A stretch of 59,846 nt of DNA, the filler included, from Malassezia furfur (taxonomy: Eukaryota): assembly GCA_052055015.1 (NCBI GenBank). It is 4 parts of 4 records of this genome, joined end to end, with 100 filler letters (N's around TTAATTAATTAA, not from the genome) between each part and the next. Parts side by side here need not be neighbours in the genome. Positions count along the whole stretch, not along the records: positions 30,210 to 45,011 come from JBQJIT010000281.1; 3 more parts are not named here. One strand, 5' to 3'. The notes beneath the pieces are model-generated. The model saw only the letters and a program-made list of their open reading frames with translations. It searched no databases and had not been told where the DNA came from. Both the position numbers and the translations under genes were made by a program. This document shows, in pieces, positions 32,743 to 41,965 of this stretch. Numbering within the stretch: position 1 is the stretch's first letter; every line of letters starts with the position of its first letter.

Positions 32743-34119
32743 CTACGGAGCTGCCGGCGCTGCGGCCCCACTTCCGGTCAATGCCTGCCACACGGCCAGT
32801 GGCGTGGGGATATACTCGTGGCTCACGAGCGCCATACCCACCTCGAACGCGATCAAGTAGATGATGATCAGCTCCATACGGTGGCTCGACTCCTCGGTCA
32901 GTAGCGCACGCAGCACGCCCAGCAGATTCTCGCAGTGATTCAGCTTCTCATTCAGCGCCTCGAAGCGCGGCTGAATGTCGAGCGCCGAGCAGGTGCTTCG
33001 GTACAGCGCCTCCATCCGACTGTTCTCCCAGTACAGCTCGGGGTCGTCGATAAAGTTGTCGCGGTCGAGGTTGACGCGTTGGCGCATGCTCAGCAGCGTG
33101 CCCAGCTTCCGGATCACCTCGCGGCGCCCAAGCGGCACCTGCCCATCGGCCTCGAGCTGCGAAGGAATGGGCGACACAGATGCCAGGTAGGAAGACAGCA
33201 CCGCCTCTTGCACCGAAAGGCGCGCCGACGCCGCCACACCCTGCGAAAACGCCAGGCGCGACTGCAGCGTAAAGGACGCACTGCCGCGCGGCGTGTCCTG
33301 TTCGGACGACAGAAGCGGCAGACTGCTGAACGAGCCGCCATTCGGCGGCTGCCCGACGACGATCAGGTCACCGACGACACGCGTGGTCTCGTTCGGGAGG
33401 TGGACGTACTCCATCGCCTCGTCACCAGGCACCTCGTAGCGTCCATTCTCGATCGAAACGGGGCCGCCCTGGATCACGTCGTGGTAGAATGCCGAGTGCA
33501 TCTCGCTCGACATGCCCCAAGTAACATAGCACCCCGAGCTAAAGATGAACACACTGCCACTTCCAGGTTTCCCCGCTCGCCAGCTAGGGATGTAGATGAC
33601 TTCGCGGTCTTCCAACCACCGCCAGGTGTCCGGTAGGCGCCCGCTCGTCAGTAGCACGTCAAAGTTGTACGACTGCGCGGTGGCCAGTGCCGCAACCTCG
33701 GGCAAGTCCGACGATGTGAGATGCGATGCAGAGAGGGGGAGCGCCGATGCCAGTTCGCTGTCATCCCAGGTCGCCGCCGTCTCCGGTGCGGAGGAAGGCG
33801 GAGTTACCGTGTCCGCACCACTTTCCTGCGCGACCTGCTCGCGAAGTGCCTTGCTTGCATTTGCAAGCGCCTTGGCCTTCGACACAGGGAGACGCGCACG
33901 GCGCAGGGCATGCGCGGACGCGTTAGCGACCGTGCGTGGGGGCTCAGGAATGGAGCTAATGAACCCTCTATCTTCCAAGAAACGCCGAAAATCGGGGTTC
34001 GCCTTGACATTGCGCAGAGGTTTGGCAGTCCGTTTGCGGTCCGAGTAGGCACGCAGGCTCCACCTTGGAGGCGCACGCACGGCCGCCCGAAGACCCGCTC
34101 GTACGAACGGTGGCAGCAT
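32743..34119 (-). CDS. RMND1/DUF155 family mitochondrial protein
   Basis: ALATAQSYN, VFIFSSGCYVTWG, AFSQG...SARL, IDDPELYWE, LDIQPRFEALNEKLN, SHRMELIIIYLIAFEV; Arg-rich presequence. Confidence 0.85.
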   Translation of the reverse strand: MLPPFVRAGLRAAVRAPPRWSLRAYSDRKRTAKPLRNVKANPDFRRFLEDRGFISSIPEPPRTVANASAHALRRARLPVSKAKALANASKALREQVAQESGADTVTPPSSAPETAATWDDSELASALPLSASHLTSSDLPEVAALATAQSYNFDVLLTSGRLPDTWRWLEDREVIYIPSWRAGKPGSGSVFIFSSGCYVTWGMSSEMHSAFYHDVIQGGPVSIENGRYEVPGDEAMEYVHLPNETTRVVGDLIVVGQPPNGGSFSSLPLLSSEQDTPRGSASFTLQSRLAFSQGVAASARLSVQEAVLSSYLASVSPIPSQLEADGQVPLGRREVIRKLGTLLSMRQRVNLDRDNFIDDPELYWENSRMEALYRSTCSALDIQPRFEALNEKLNHCENLLGVLRALLTEESSHRMELIIIYLIAFEVGMALVSHEYIPTPLAVWQALTGSGAAAPAAP

Positions 34120-34138
34120 CAAGAACAACTCGCAACGC

Positions 34139-35020
34139 TTAGTCAGCGGGGCTCGGGCCACGTCGTTGCGCCTCGTGCGCCGCATGGACCAGCGCGTCGT
34201 ACGACCAGATCCGCAGCCACCCATGCTTGGCCGCATCTTCTGCGCCAGAAATGGTACGGCGCGGCTCTTTTGATCCGTCCATAGCAATCACCACCTGTGA
34301 GGGCGCGGCGCCCTCGCGTGCAGGCGGCAGGCGCACTTGGGTCCACTGGATGGCCTCGACCTGCTTGCCGTGCGACCAGACCTCAATGGGCTCTTTCCAG
34401 AAAGCCACCTCGACTTGCCGGAAGTCGTAGCCAAGACCCACACCAATGCTCTTGGTATAGGCTTCTTTGTACGTCCACACATCCAGTAGACGCTGCAGGA
34501 TTCGCTGCTCGTTGTCGTCCAAAAGGACGTGCCCTCGTTCTTTTGCGGTCATGGACTGCTCCATCGTTTGACAGAACGAGGCGCTACTTTCTTCAAAGGA
34601 AGGCAAGGCGACCTCCATAACGTCGACGCCCATGCGCACGCCCGGCGTCTTTGTCACGCCCATGACCACCCAGTCGCCGTCGTGCGACAGATTAAAGTCG
34701 ATATACCGATCGTCCAGGGCCAAGTAGGGTCGCCCTCCTGGTGCCGTATGCACCTGTACATCTTCCCAGCGGAGTCCCTCGTGTACACAGTACAGTCGTG
34801 GCAGTATGCGAGCCACGAATGAGCGCACGCGATCCACAACGCGAAGATAGCGTAGCACCTTGTCTGCGCCTGTCGCGTCATAGGGCCGCACAAGGGCGTC
34901 CAGATCGCGGCCAAACTGCGTACAGACCTCGTCGGACGGCGGCGCATCACGCGGCTGAATACGACTATACGGCTCGGTGTTCCATTGCGCAATATTCACG
35001 GCCCACACGGTGGGTGCCAT
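34139..35020 (-). CDS. LYS5: Sfp-type 4'-phosphopantetheinyl transferase (LYS5-like)
   Basis: GGRPY, DFNLSHDGDWVV, MGVDVM, WTYKEAYTKSIGVGL. Confidence 0.88.
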   Translation of the reverse strand: MAPTVWAVNIAQWNTEPYSRIQPRDAPPSDEVCTQFGRDLDALVRPYDATGADKVLRYLRVVDRVRSFVARILPRLYCVHEGLRWEDVQVHTAPGGRPYLALDDRYIDFNLSHDGDWVVMGVTKTPGVRMGVDVMEVALPSFEESSASFCQTMEQSMTAKERGHVLLDDNEQRILQRLLDVWTYKEAYTKSIGVGLGYDFRQVEVAFWKEPIEVWSHGKQVEAIQWTQVRLPPAREGAAPSQVVIAMDGSKEPRRTISGAEDAAKHGWLRIWSYDALVHAAHEAQRRGPSPAD

Positions 35021-35036
35021 GAGCACAACCTCCACA

Positions 35037-35897
35037 CTATGAATCGCTAGAATCGTTGCCCAGGAGCTTGGCCAGCAGCTCCTCTTCCATCGCCTGGCTC
35101 CGCTTGGCACGCGAAGAAGCAGGGGGGGATGTGTCGCGCGGCTCCTGGGGCTCCTTGCGCTTGAGCACGTTAAGACCGCCGACCAGCAGCGCGCGCTTGT
35201 CCACAATTTGGTTCTCCTCGTTGAGCTCCACGTGCTTCCCCTGTGCCTCGGCTTGCGCGGCGCGGTCCTTGTCCGAGACTTCCTTCGATGGCGCCTCCTC
35301 CTCGGGGATATCGCCGCGTTCCAGCGCCTCGAGCGCCTTTTGTCTCCGCTCGCTCTCTTCCTTGAGCATGCGTTGGTGGAATGAGGCAACGCCGCGGCTC
35401 TTTTGCCGCTCACGCGCCTCGGCAATGCGTTCTTCCTCCTCAGCTCGCCGTAGCTCTTCCTGCTGCTCCTTGTATGCACTTGTAACGAATGCCTCCTTAC
35501 CCGCGTATGCGTCGCCTTCTGCCGCACGCTCGCGCTGGATCATTTTGGATTCGGCACGAAGCCGGTCGCGCTCGCGAACCTCGGCGGCCTGCATAAACTT
35601 GTCCATGTACTTGGATTTGCGCTCCTTGTCGGCCTCCTTGGATGCAGCCTTCATTTGGCGCTCAACCGCCTTCATTTTGTCGTAGACGCCGTCGTAGTCG
35701 AACGCGCTCGGATCCAACTTCTCGGCCTCTTCGTGCTGTTTCCGCGCCGCCTTGGACATGGGCGGCGCCGCGCTGGGCGCTGGAGCCATCACCTCGGGCT
35801 CATCATCGTCGGCGAATGCGCGCGGTGCGGCCTTCGGCTGCGCCGGCGCCGGCGCGCGCTTGCCAAGCGAGAAGGCCACCTTGCCCCGCTCCACCAT
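35037..35897 (-). CDS. NSRP1/CCDC55 (DUF2040) coiled-coil splicing regulator
   Basis: DPSAFDYDGVYDKMK, ERKSKYM, KMIQRER..EGD, EAFVTSAYK, ELNEENQIVDKRALL.GGLN. Confidence 0.85.
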   Translation of the reverse strand: MVERGKVAFSLGKRAPAPAQPKAAPRAFADDDEPEVMAPAPSAAPPMSKAARKQHEEAEKLDPSAFDYDGVYDKMKAVERQMKAASKEADKERKSKYMDKFMQAAEVRERDRLRAESKMIQRERAAEGDAYAGKEAFVTSAYKEQQEELRRAEEEERIAEARERQKSRGVASFHQRMLKEESERRQKALEALERGDIPEEEAPSKEVSDKDRAAQAEAQGKHVELNEENQIVDKRALLVGGLNVLKRKEPQEPRDTSPPASSRAKRSQAMEEELLAKLLGNDSSDS

Positions 35898-35959
35898 CGT
35901 GTTGGCTCGGGGAATTAAGCTCGCACTGATAGGCACGCTCCGGCTTCATCGTAACGATC

Positions 35960-38302
35960 ATGTCGGGTCCGCAAGAAACCGAGCCCCTCCTTGATTCGGA
36001 GCGTGGTACCGTGAACCACGAGGCGGTGCAGGGGCGCCTGCGTCGCATTTCGCGCAAAGTGCACAACACGGTCCTGAAGCCGCTGGGCCGTCCGAGCGTG
36101 TACCGTCCGGTGTTCCTCGCGCTGGTCATCCTGAATGCGATTGCACTGCTGCGCTTCTTCTTCGGCCCGAAGCCGCCGCCGAAGCCGCATGTGCTGGACC
36201 GCGTGTGCACGACGCCGGACTGTGTCCAGGTGTCTTACGAGCTGCTCCACTCGGTCAACCGTTCCGTGGATCCGTGCGACGACTTCTATGAATTCGCGAC
36301 GGGCGGTTGGCGCGCGAGCCACCCCATCCCCAGCGACCAGGGCCTGTTTGGCATTGGTCAGTTTGTGCTTGCCAACAACAACAAGATCCTGGAGAACATT
36401 CTGACGGGCGACGTGCAGCCGTCGAGCCGTGCGGACAATGCGAGTCTGCACAAGCTACGTACCTTCTATGGTGCGTGCATGGACACCAAGCACCAGGACA
36501 AGGCTGGGTCGCGTCCGCTGCTTGACCTCGTGTACGAGCTGCACGAGCAGCTGCGTCCTGCGACGCCCAAGGCGCTCACGTCGTCGCTCATTTGGCTGCA
36601 CAAGCAGGGCATTCCGGCCCTGTTCGAGGCCGCCGTCGAGGGTGACCCGGGCCATGCCCCGCTTGCCGCGACGCCACTGCTGTCGCCGGGCGGTCTGGGT
36701 CTGCCTGACACGACGTACTACGACGACAAGAGTGTGCTGAAGCAGTACCACGGCATGATCTCCTCGGCGGTCGTGGAGCTGGTCAAGGCGGCGCGCAAGG
36801 AGAAACGCGCCGGCAACATGTTCCACGCTGCGGATGCGGACAAGATTGCCGATGCCGTGGTCGAGCTCGAGCAGACCCTTGCCAAGATCTCGCCGGACGT
36901 GGTGGAGCTGAGCGACCCGGTCGCGACCTACAACCCCCTGTCGCGCACGGACCTCGGCAAGCTGTCCCCCGCACTCGACTGGGAGGCCTATTTGGGCGCG
37001 ATGAGCACGTCGGGCGTGTCGCCGCACAAGGTGGTGGTCGCAAGCAAGTCGTACATGGAGCGTCTCAGCAAGGTGCTGGAGGAGACGCCGCAAAAGACGG
37101 TGCACGCCTACCTGTACTGGGCGCTGGTGCGGGAGCAGGGCAAGTACCTGGGCCCCAACGTGCCGCTCGGCGAGCCGGCGCGCCGCCTGAACCGTTTCGC
37201 GAACGGCATCGACGATGATGCCGTAGAAAACCGCGCCTCGACCTGCCTGGATGCGGTGTCGACCGCGCTGGGCTACATGTCGGGCCGCTTCTACGCCGAG
37301 GCCACCTTTGGCCCTGAGAGCAAGTCGCAGGTGGAGGACATGATGGATGCGATCCGCTTCGCTTTCTATCAGAAACTGCAAAAGCTGCCGTGGCTGGACG
37401 CGTCGACGCGCTCCACGGCGCGCCAAAAGGCCGAGGACATCACCATCAAGGTCGGCTACCCGACGACGCCCAACACGGAGAGTGCCTCGGCGATCTGGGA
37501 CTACTATGCGCCGCTCGACGTCGGCCGCTCGTACTTTGCCAACCAAGTCTCGGCCCACAAGTTTTTGGTGAACACGGCTTGGTCGCGGATTGGCGGCTCG
37601 TTGAACACGGGTCTGATTGGTGACTTGATGCCCAGCGAAGTAAACGCCGAATACAATGCGCCGCAGAACGAGATTGTGTTCCCTGCGGGCCTGCTGCAGG
37701 TGCCCTACTTCGATCCGCGCTGGCCGATGTACCTGCAGTACGGTGCATTCGGTACGACTGCGGGCCACGAGCTGTCGCACGCCTTTGACCCGTCCGGCCG
37801 TCTGTTCGACAAGGACGGCTTCCTGGACGACTGGTGGACGCCCGAGACCAGCAAGGCGTTCCAGGACCGCCAGCGCTGTGTCGAGGAGCAGTACGGCAAC
37901 CGCACCGTGGTTGGTCCGGACGGTACGGTGTACAACCTGCAGAGCAAGTTCACCATTGGCGAGGACGTGGCCGACTTTGGCGGTCTCGCGCAGAGCTACA
38001 ACGCGTGGAAGGCCAAGGTGCAGCACGGCGATGTGGAGGTGCACCGGCGCAACGAGCGCCTGCCCGGCCTGACGGAGTACTCGCAGGAGCAGCTCTTCTT
38101 CATTGCGTACGGTGCGGCGTGGGCGCGCAACATCCGCCCGGCGGAGACCGTGAAGCGTCTCAAGACCGACCCCCACTCGCCCACCAAGTACCGTGTCAAT
38201 GTGCCGCTTGCCAACTTCCCGCCGTTTGCCAAGGCATTCGGATGCAAGGCCGGCAAGCACGCTATGGCGCTTCCTGAGGAGGACCGCTGCGAAATCTGGT
38301 AA
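35960..38302 (+). CDS. Peptidase M13 (neprilysin/endothelin-converting enzyme-like), type II membrane
   Basis: TM anchor, VDPCDDFYEFA, VNAEY, GHELSHAFD (HEXXH), GEDVADFGG, DPHSP, terminal RCEIW. Confidence 0.93.
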   Translation: MSGPQETEPLLDSERGTVNHEAVQGRLRRISRKVHNTVLKPLGRPSVYRPVFLALVILNAIALLRFFFGPKPPPKPHVLDRVCTTPDCVQVSYELLHSVNRSVDPCDDFYEFATGGWRASHPIPSDQGLFGIGQFVLANNNKILENILTGDVQPSSRADNASLHKLRTFYGACMDTKHQDKAGSRPLLDLVYELHEQLRPATPKALTSSLIWLHKQGIPALFEAAVEGDPGHAPLAATPLLSPGGLGLPDTTYYDDKSVLKQYHGMISSAVVELVKAARKEKRAGNMFHAADADKIADAVVELEQTLAKISPDVVELSDPVATYNPLSRTDLGKLSPALDWEAYLGAMSTSGVSPHKVVVASKSYMERLSKVLEETPQKTVHAYLYWALVREQGKYLGPNVPLGEPARRLNRFANGIDDDAVENRASTCLDAVSTALGYMSGRFYAEATFGPESKSQVEDMMDAIRFAFYQKLQKLPWLDASTRSTARQKAEDITIKVGYPTTPNTESASAIWDYYAPLDVGRSYFANQVSAHKFLVNTAWSRIGGSLNTGLIGDLMPSEVNAEYNAPQNEIVFPAGLLQVPYFDPRWPMYLQYGAFGTTAGHELSHAFDPSGRLFDKDGFLDDWWTPETSKAFQDRQRCVEEQYGNRTVVGPDGTVYNLQSKFTIGEDVADFGGLAQSYNAWKAKVQHGDVEVHRRNERLPGLTEYSQEQLFFIAYGAAWARNIRPAETVKRLKTDPHSPTKYRVNVPLANFPPFAKAFGCKAGKHAMALPEEDRCEIW

Positions 38303-38405
38303 GCGTATGTAGCTGGTCGTGCGAGCTGCTGCCGACCCTCGTCCACCCGCTGGCCGAGCAATGTATGCAGACTCGTATGCAGATGTCGTATCTGTACCTA
38401 GCGAC

Positions 38406-39851
38406 CTAAATGTGCTCGGCGCCAATGCCCGAGCCTTGGTATATACTCACGCGGCAATCCTCACCACCAGCCACAATGCTGTTGCCGTCGCTCGTCCAGT
38501 CCAGTCCAAGCACCTTGGCCTTCTCCTTGGTCGCGTCGCTCGATGCATCGCGCGGCTGCGACAGCGTAAAGAGCGCGTGCTTGGACGACCGCACGTCCCA
38601 CACACGGATGCGCCCATCGTAGGCGCCCGACACAAACAGGTACGGCGAGGTCGGGTGCGTACGGATGGCACCGACCGGTGCCGCGTGTGCATTCGCGATC
38701 GCCATAGCCGTATGCCGCGTCGTGTCGCGGAAATCGTACAGGCCGATGCTGTGATCCATGTGACCCGTCACTGCCTGCGCACGTGTCGCCTGGCCATGGA
38801 GCACGTCGAGACACATGTGCACCTTGTCCGAGGTCTTTTCGCCCACCATCAAGCCTTGGGACAGATCGTACAGCTTCACCGAACCGTCCCATGCAGCTCC
38901 AAACACCTGGTTGCCCTGTAACCGCGCGGTGGTGCGCGCATTGTTGCCCGGCGCAGGCGTCGTGCCGAGCGCCTTGGCCGCCGACGCACCGAGCGTAGCA
39001 GGCACCTGCGCCAAAACCACGGTGGGTTCGGGCGCCACCAGTGTCTCGCTTGCGGCCGCCTTTTTGTTGCCGCTCTGCGTGCGCCGTTTCTTCGCAGGCT
39101 CATCGCCGGACGCGGCGGCGGTAGGGAACTCGGCGTCGCGGGGCAGGTCCCAGATCGCGATCGAGCCGTCCCAGCCGGCGCTCAGCACCGTCGCAGGACT
39201 GCCTTCGGGCGCAACGTCGATATTGGTGATGGGCCCCGAATGATGCACCAGCTCAGCGGCACGCATCACCTGGTATGTCTGTGCATCGGTGCCCGGGCGA
39301 CGCCAGACAGCGACCGTGCCGTCCATCGCACCGGTCACTACCGACTCGCCCGGCGTAAGCCACTGTGCAGAGGTGAGGGAAGTCGAACGCTGTGCGTACG
39401 ACGGCACATAGGTTGCCGGGGATGCACTCAGGTTGTGCGCGTCCAAGACCCGCACGTTTCCGTCGTACGATGCCTCGAGCACCAGCGACGGATGCCGTGC
39501 GTCGATCGAGGCGATCCAGTCGTCCTGCTTGGCGGCATCGCGGAATGACGGGGGCAGCGTGGTGCGGATGTACTCCAGCTCAATGCCCTCTTCGGTCGAG
39601 CGGGCGTGCTGAGCGAGGTACTCGTCCAGCGAGGTACGGAGCAGTTCGCCGTCGACAATGAAGTCGAACGGCACCGTTTCGCGCTGCTGGTCGGCGGTCT
39701 GCAGCACCTTGTTCACAAGGGTCGAGAGCTGCGACCGGCGCCAGTTGACCGGCACCATATATGGCACATATGGGATGGAGCACCCCGGGATCGAGGTGCG
39801 CAGCCGGATGGGCACGGTGGCCGCCGCGTCGCCGGCGCCTTCTTCCTGCAT
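38406..39851 (-). CDS. YTM1: Ribosome biogenesis protein YTM1/WDR12
   Basis: N-terminal NLE domain (LSTLVNKVL...PFDFIVDGELLRTSL...ELEY) followed by WD40 repeats. Confidence 0.88.
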   Translation of the reverse strand: MQEEGAGDAAATVPIRLRTSIPGCSIPYVPYMVPVNWRRSQLSTLVNKVLQTADQQRETVPFDFIVDGELLRTSLDEYLAQHARSTEEGIELEYIRTTLPPSFRDAAKQDDWIASIDARHPSLVLEASYDGNVRVLDAHNLSASPATYVPSYAQRSTSLTSAQWLTPGESVVTGAMDGTVAVWRRPGTDAQTYQVMRAAELVHHSGPITNIDVAPEGSPATVLSAGWDGSIAIWDLPRDAEFPTAAASGDEPAKKRRTQSGNKKAAASETLVAPEPTVVLAQVPATLGASAAKALGTTPAPGNNARTTARLQGNQVFGAAWDGSVKLYDLSQGLMVGEKTSDKVHMCLDVLHGQATRAQAVTGHMDHSIGLYDFRDTTRHTAMAIANAHAAPVGAIRTHPTSPYLFVSGAYDGRIRVWDVRSSKHALFTLSQPRDASSDATKEKAKVLGLDWTSDGNSIVAGGEDCRVSIYQGSGIGAEHI

Positions 39852-39971
39852 CGCAGTGGAGGAGAAAAAAGTTGGACGGTGCGGCACGTGCCTGGCGGTG
39901 ACGACCCGAGGCCAGTGCGAGTGCCACGTGTGTAAGCTTCGCGGTCCGGCGCACAGTGACTTTCGGCGACC

Positions 39972-41953
39972 ATGGCAAGCAAGATGCGAAGTGTGTCTGC
40001 TGTTGGCCTGGCGGCTGCAGGGCTGCAGCGGCAGTTGCTGCCTAGGGCGGCACTTGTCGTATCCGCCCGGCGTATGCCGCGTGGTGCGGTGCCGCGGGTC
40101 CCCGGACGGGCGGTGCACACCTCGCCGGTGGTTCGGGAGAAGAAGTCCGACTCAAAGAACGAGGTGGTGGACGGCGAAGAGCCGAAGCCGTCCATGCCTG
40201 TGCGTATGTGGAACAAGGTGAAGGAAGAGGCACAGCACTACTGGCACGGTAGTAAGCTGCTGGCCAAGGAGGTGTCGATCTCCACGCGTCTCCTGCGCCG
40301 GCTGATCCTGGGCTATCCGCTGACGCGCCGTGAGCATCGTCAGCTGCGCCGTACGATGGGTGATCTGTTGCGGTTGATCCCGTTCATCCCGTTCGTGATT
40401 ATCCCTGCGGCCGAGTTGCTGCTGCCTGTCGCGGTCAAGATCTTCCCCAACATGCTTCCGAGCACGTTCGAGAGCAAGTTTGCGGTGGAGGAGAAGCGCC
40501 GGCGCCTGCTCAAGCTGCGGCTGGACATGGCCAAGTTCCTGCAGGAGTCCATCAGGGAGGGTGGTCTGCAGGTGTCTGACGAGGTGAAGGACTCGGAGGC
40601 GTTCAAAGAGTTCTTCCGCAAGCTGCGCACCACTGGCGAAGAGCCGACCAGGGAAGACGTGATCAAAGTGGCCAAGCTCTTTGATGAGGAGATGACGCTC
40701 GATAACCTGACGCGGCCGCAGCTTGTGTCGATCTGCCGCTACATGCAGGTGAATGCGTTCGGCACGGACAACTACATGCGCTTCCAGATTCGGCACGCCA
40801 TGAACCGCATCCGCCGCGACGATCTGGTGATCAGCATGGAGGGTACGGATGCCATGTCGCACCATGAGCTGCTTTCCGCGTGCCAGAGCCGCGGCATTCT
40901 TACGCAGAACATGACCGAGCACCAGCTGCGCGAGTCGCTGAATGCGTGGATCAACTTGCACTTCCGCGAGAAGATCAGCGGCACGCTGCTCATTCTGAGC
41001 CGTGCGTTCTACTTTGTGGGCAACAGCTCGGAGAAGAACATGTCGTATGCCGACATGCAGATCAAGGGGCTCGAGATGACCTTGAGCAGCCTGCCCGAGT
41101 CGCTGCTCAACGAGGCCGAGCTGCACTTTAGCAAGGAGGCGGCGACGAACAAGCAGCGTCTCGAGGTGCTCGAGGAGCAGGAGCACCTCATCGAGGACGA
41201 GGCCGAGCAGGAGCAGGAGCACCAGGCGCAGCGCGACGCGGACCGCAAGCGCAAGGACGCCGAGAAGCGTCGCGTGTCGAGCGAGAGTGCCGAGGCGTCG
41301 CGTCTGCTGCCCAAGAGCATGCCCGCCGGTGCCGGCGACGCAGGCGAGGGTGCCGAGGGCGCCAAGGCAAGCGACGATGTGCGCATGACGCAGGAGCAGC
41401 TCACCGAGCTCGGCGAGGCGCTGAGCATTCTGAGCCAGAAGTCGTCGGTGCTGCGCGAGCGCCAGGAGCTGTCGGAGCTGATGAGTTCGCTGCCGCGCGA
41501 CGACTCGGCGCAAGATGTCGAGACGGGCGAGGCGCCTGTTGCGAGCGGCAAGGCCAAGGCGCTGTACAAGCGGATCCGCACGATGCTGCACAAGATCGAC
41601 CAGCAGCTGGAGGACTTTGACAAGGACGTGGGCGGCCGCATGCACCTGATCCAGACGTCGTCGACCGGCAAGATTAGCGCAGACGACTTGGAGCAGGCGC
41701 TGCGCCTGATCAAGCATCGTCCGAGCGAAGACCAGCTACAGAAGCTGGTGGACAGTACGTATTGCGCGCGACTCACACAGAACTCGACGTCGACCTGGAC
41801 GGGCTGGTGCCGCTGGACCACGTTCTGGAGATTGCGCGGGACGAGGGGATGGAATACAACGAAGCCGAAGAGTTCCGCGACATCCAGAAAGAGGGACAGC
41901 GCATCCTCGGCGAGAAGAAACTGCGCAAGAGCGACATTGTCGGGGATCAGTAG
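39972..41953 (+). CDS. MDM38: LETM1/MDM38 mitochondrial inner-membrane protein
   Basis: KVKEEAQHYWHGSKLL, DLLRLIPF, ELLLPV..KIFPNMLPSTFE, LDNLTRPQL, ACQSRG; 26-nt intron 41755-41780 gives DKLDVDLDGLV. Confidence 0.92.
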
Positions 41954-41965
41954 TGTCTATACTGG

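Noticed and set aside
35021..35036. Shine-Dalgarno-like GGAGGT upstream of the PPTase ATG
   Set aside because: Eukaryotic nuclear context, single occurrence, absent from the second spacer; most likely chance.
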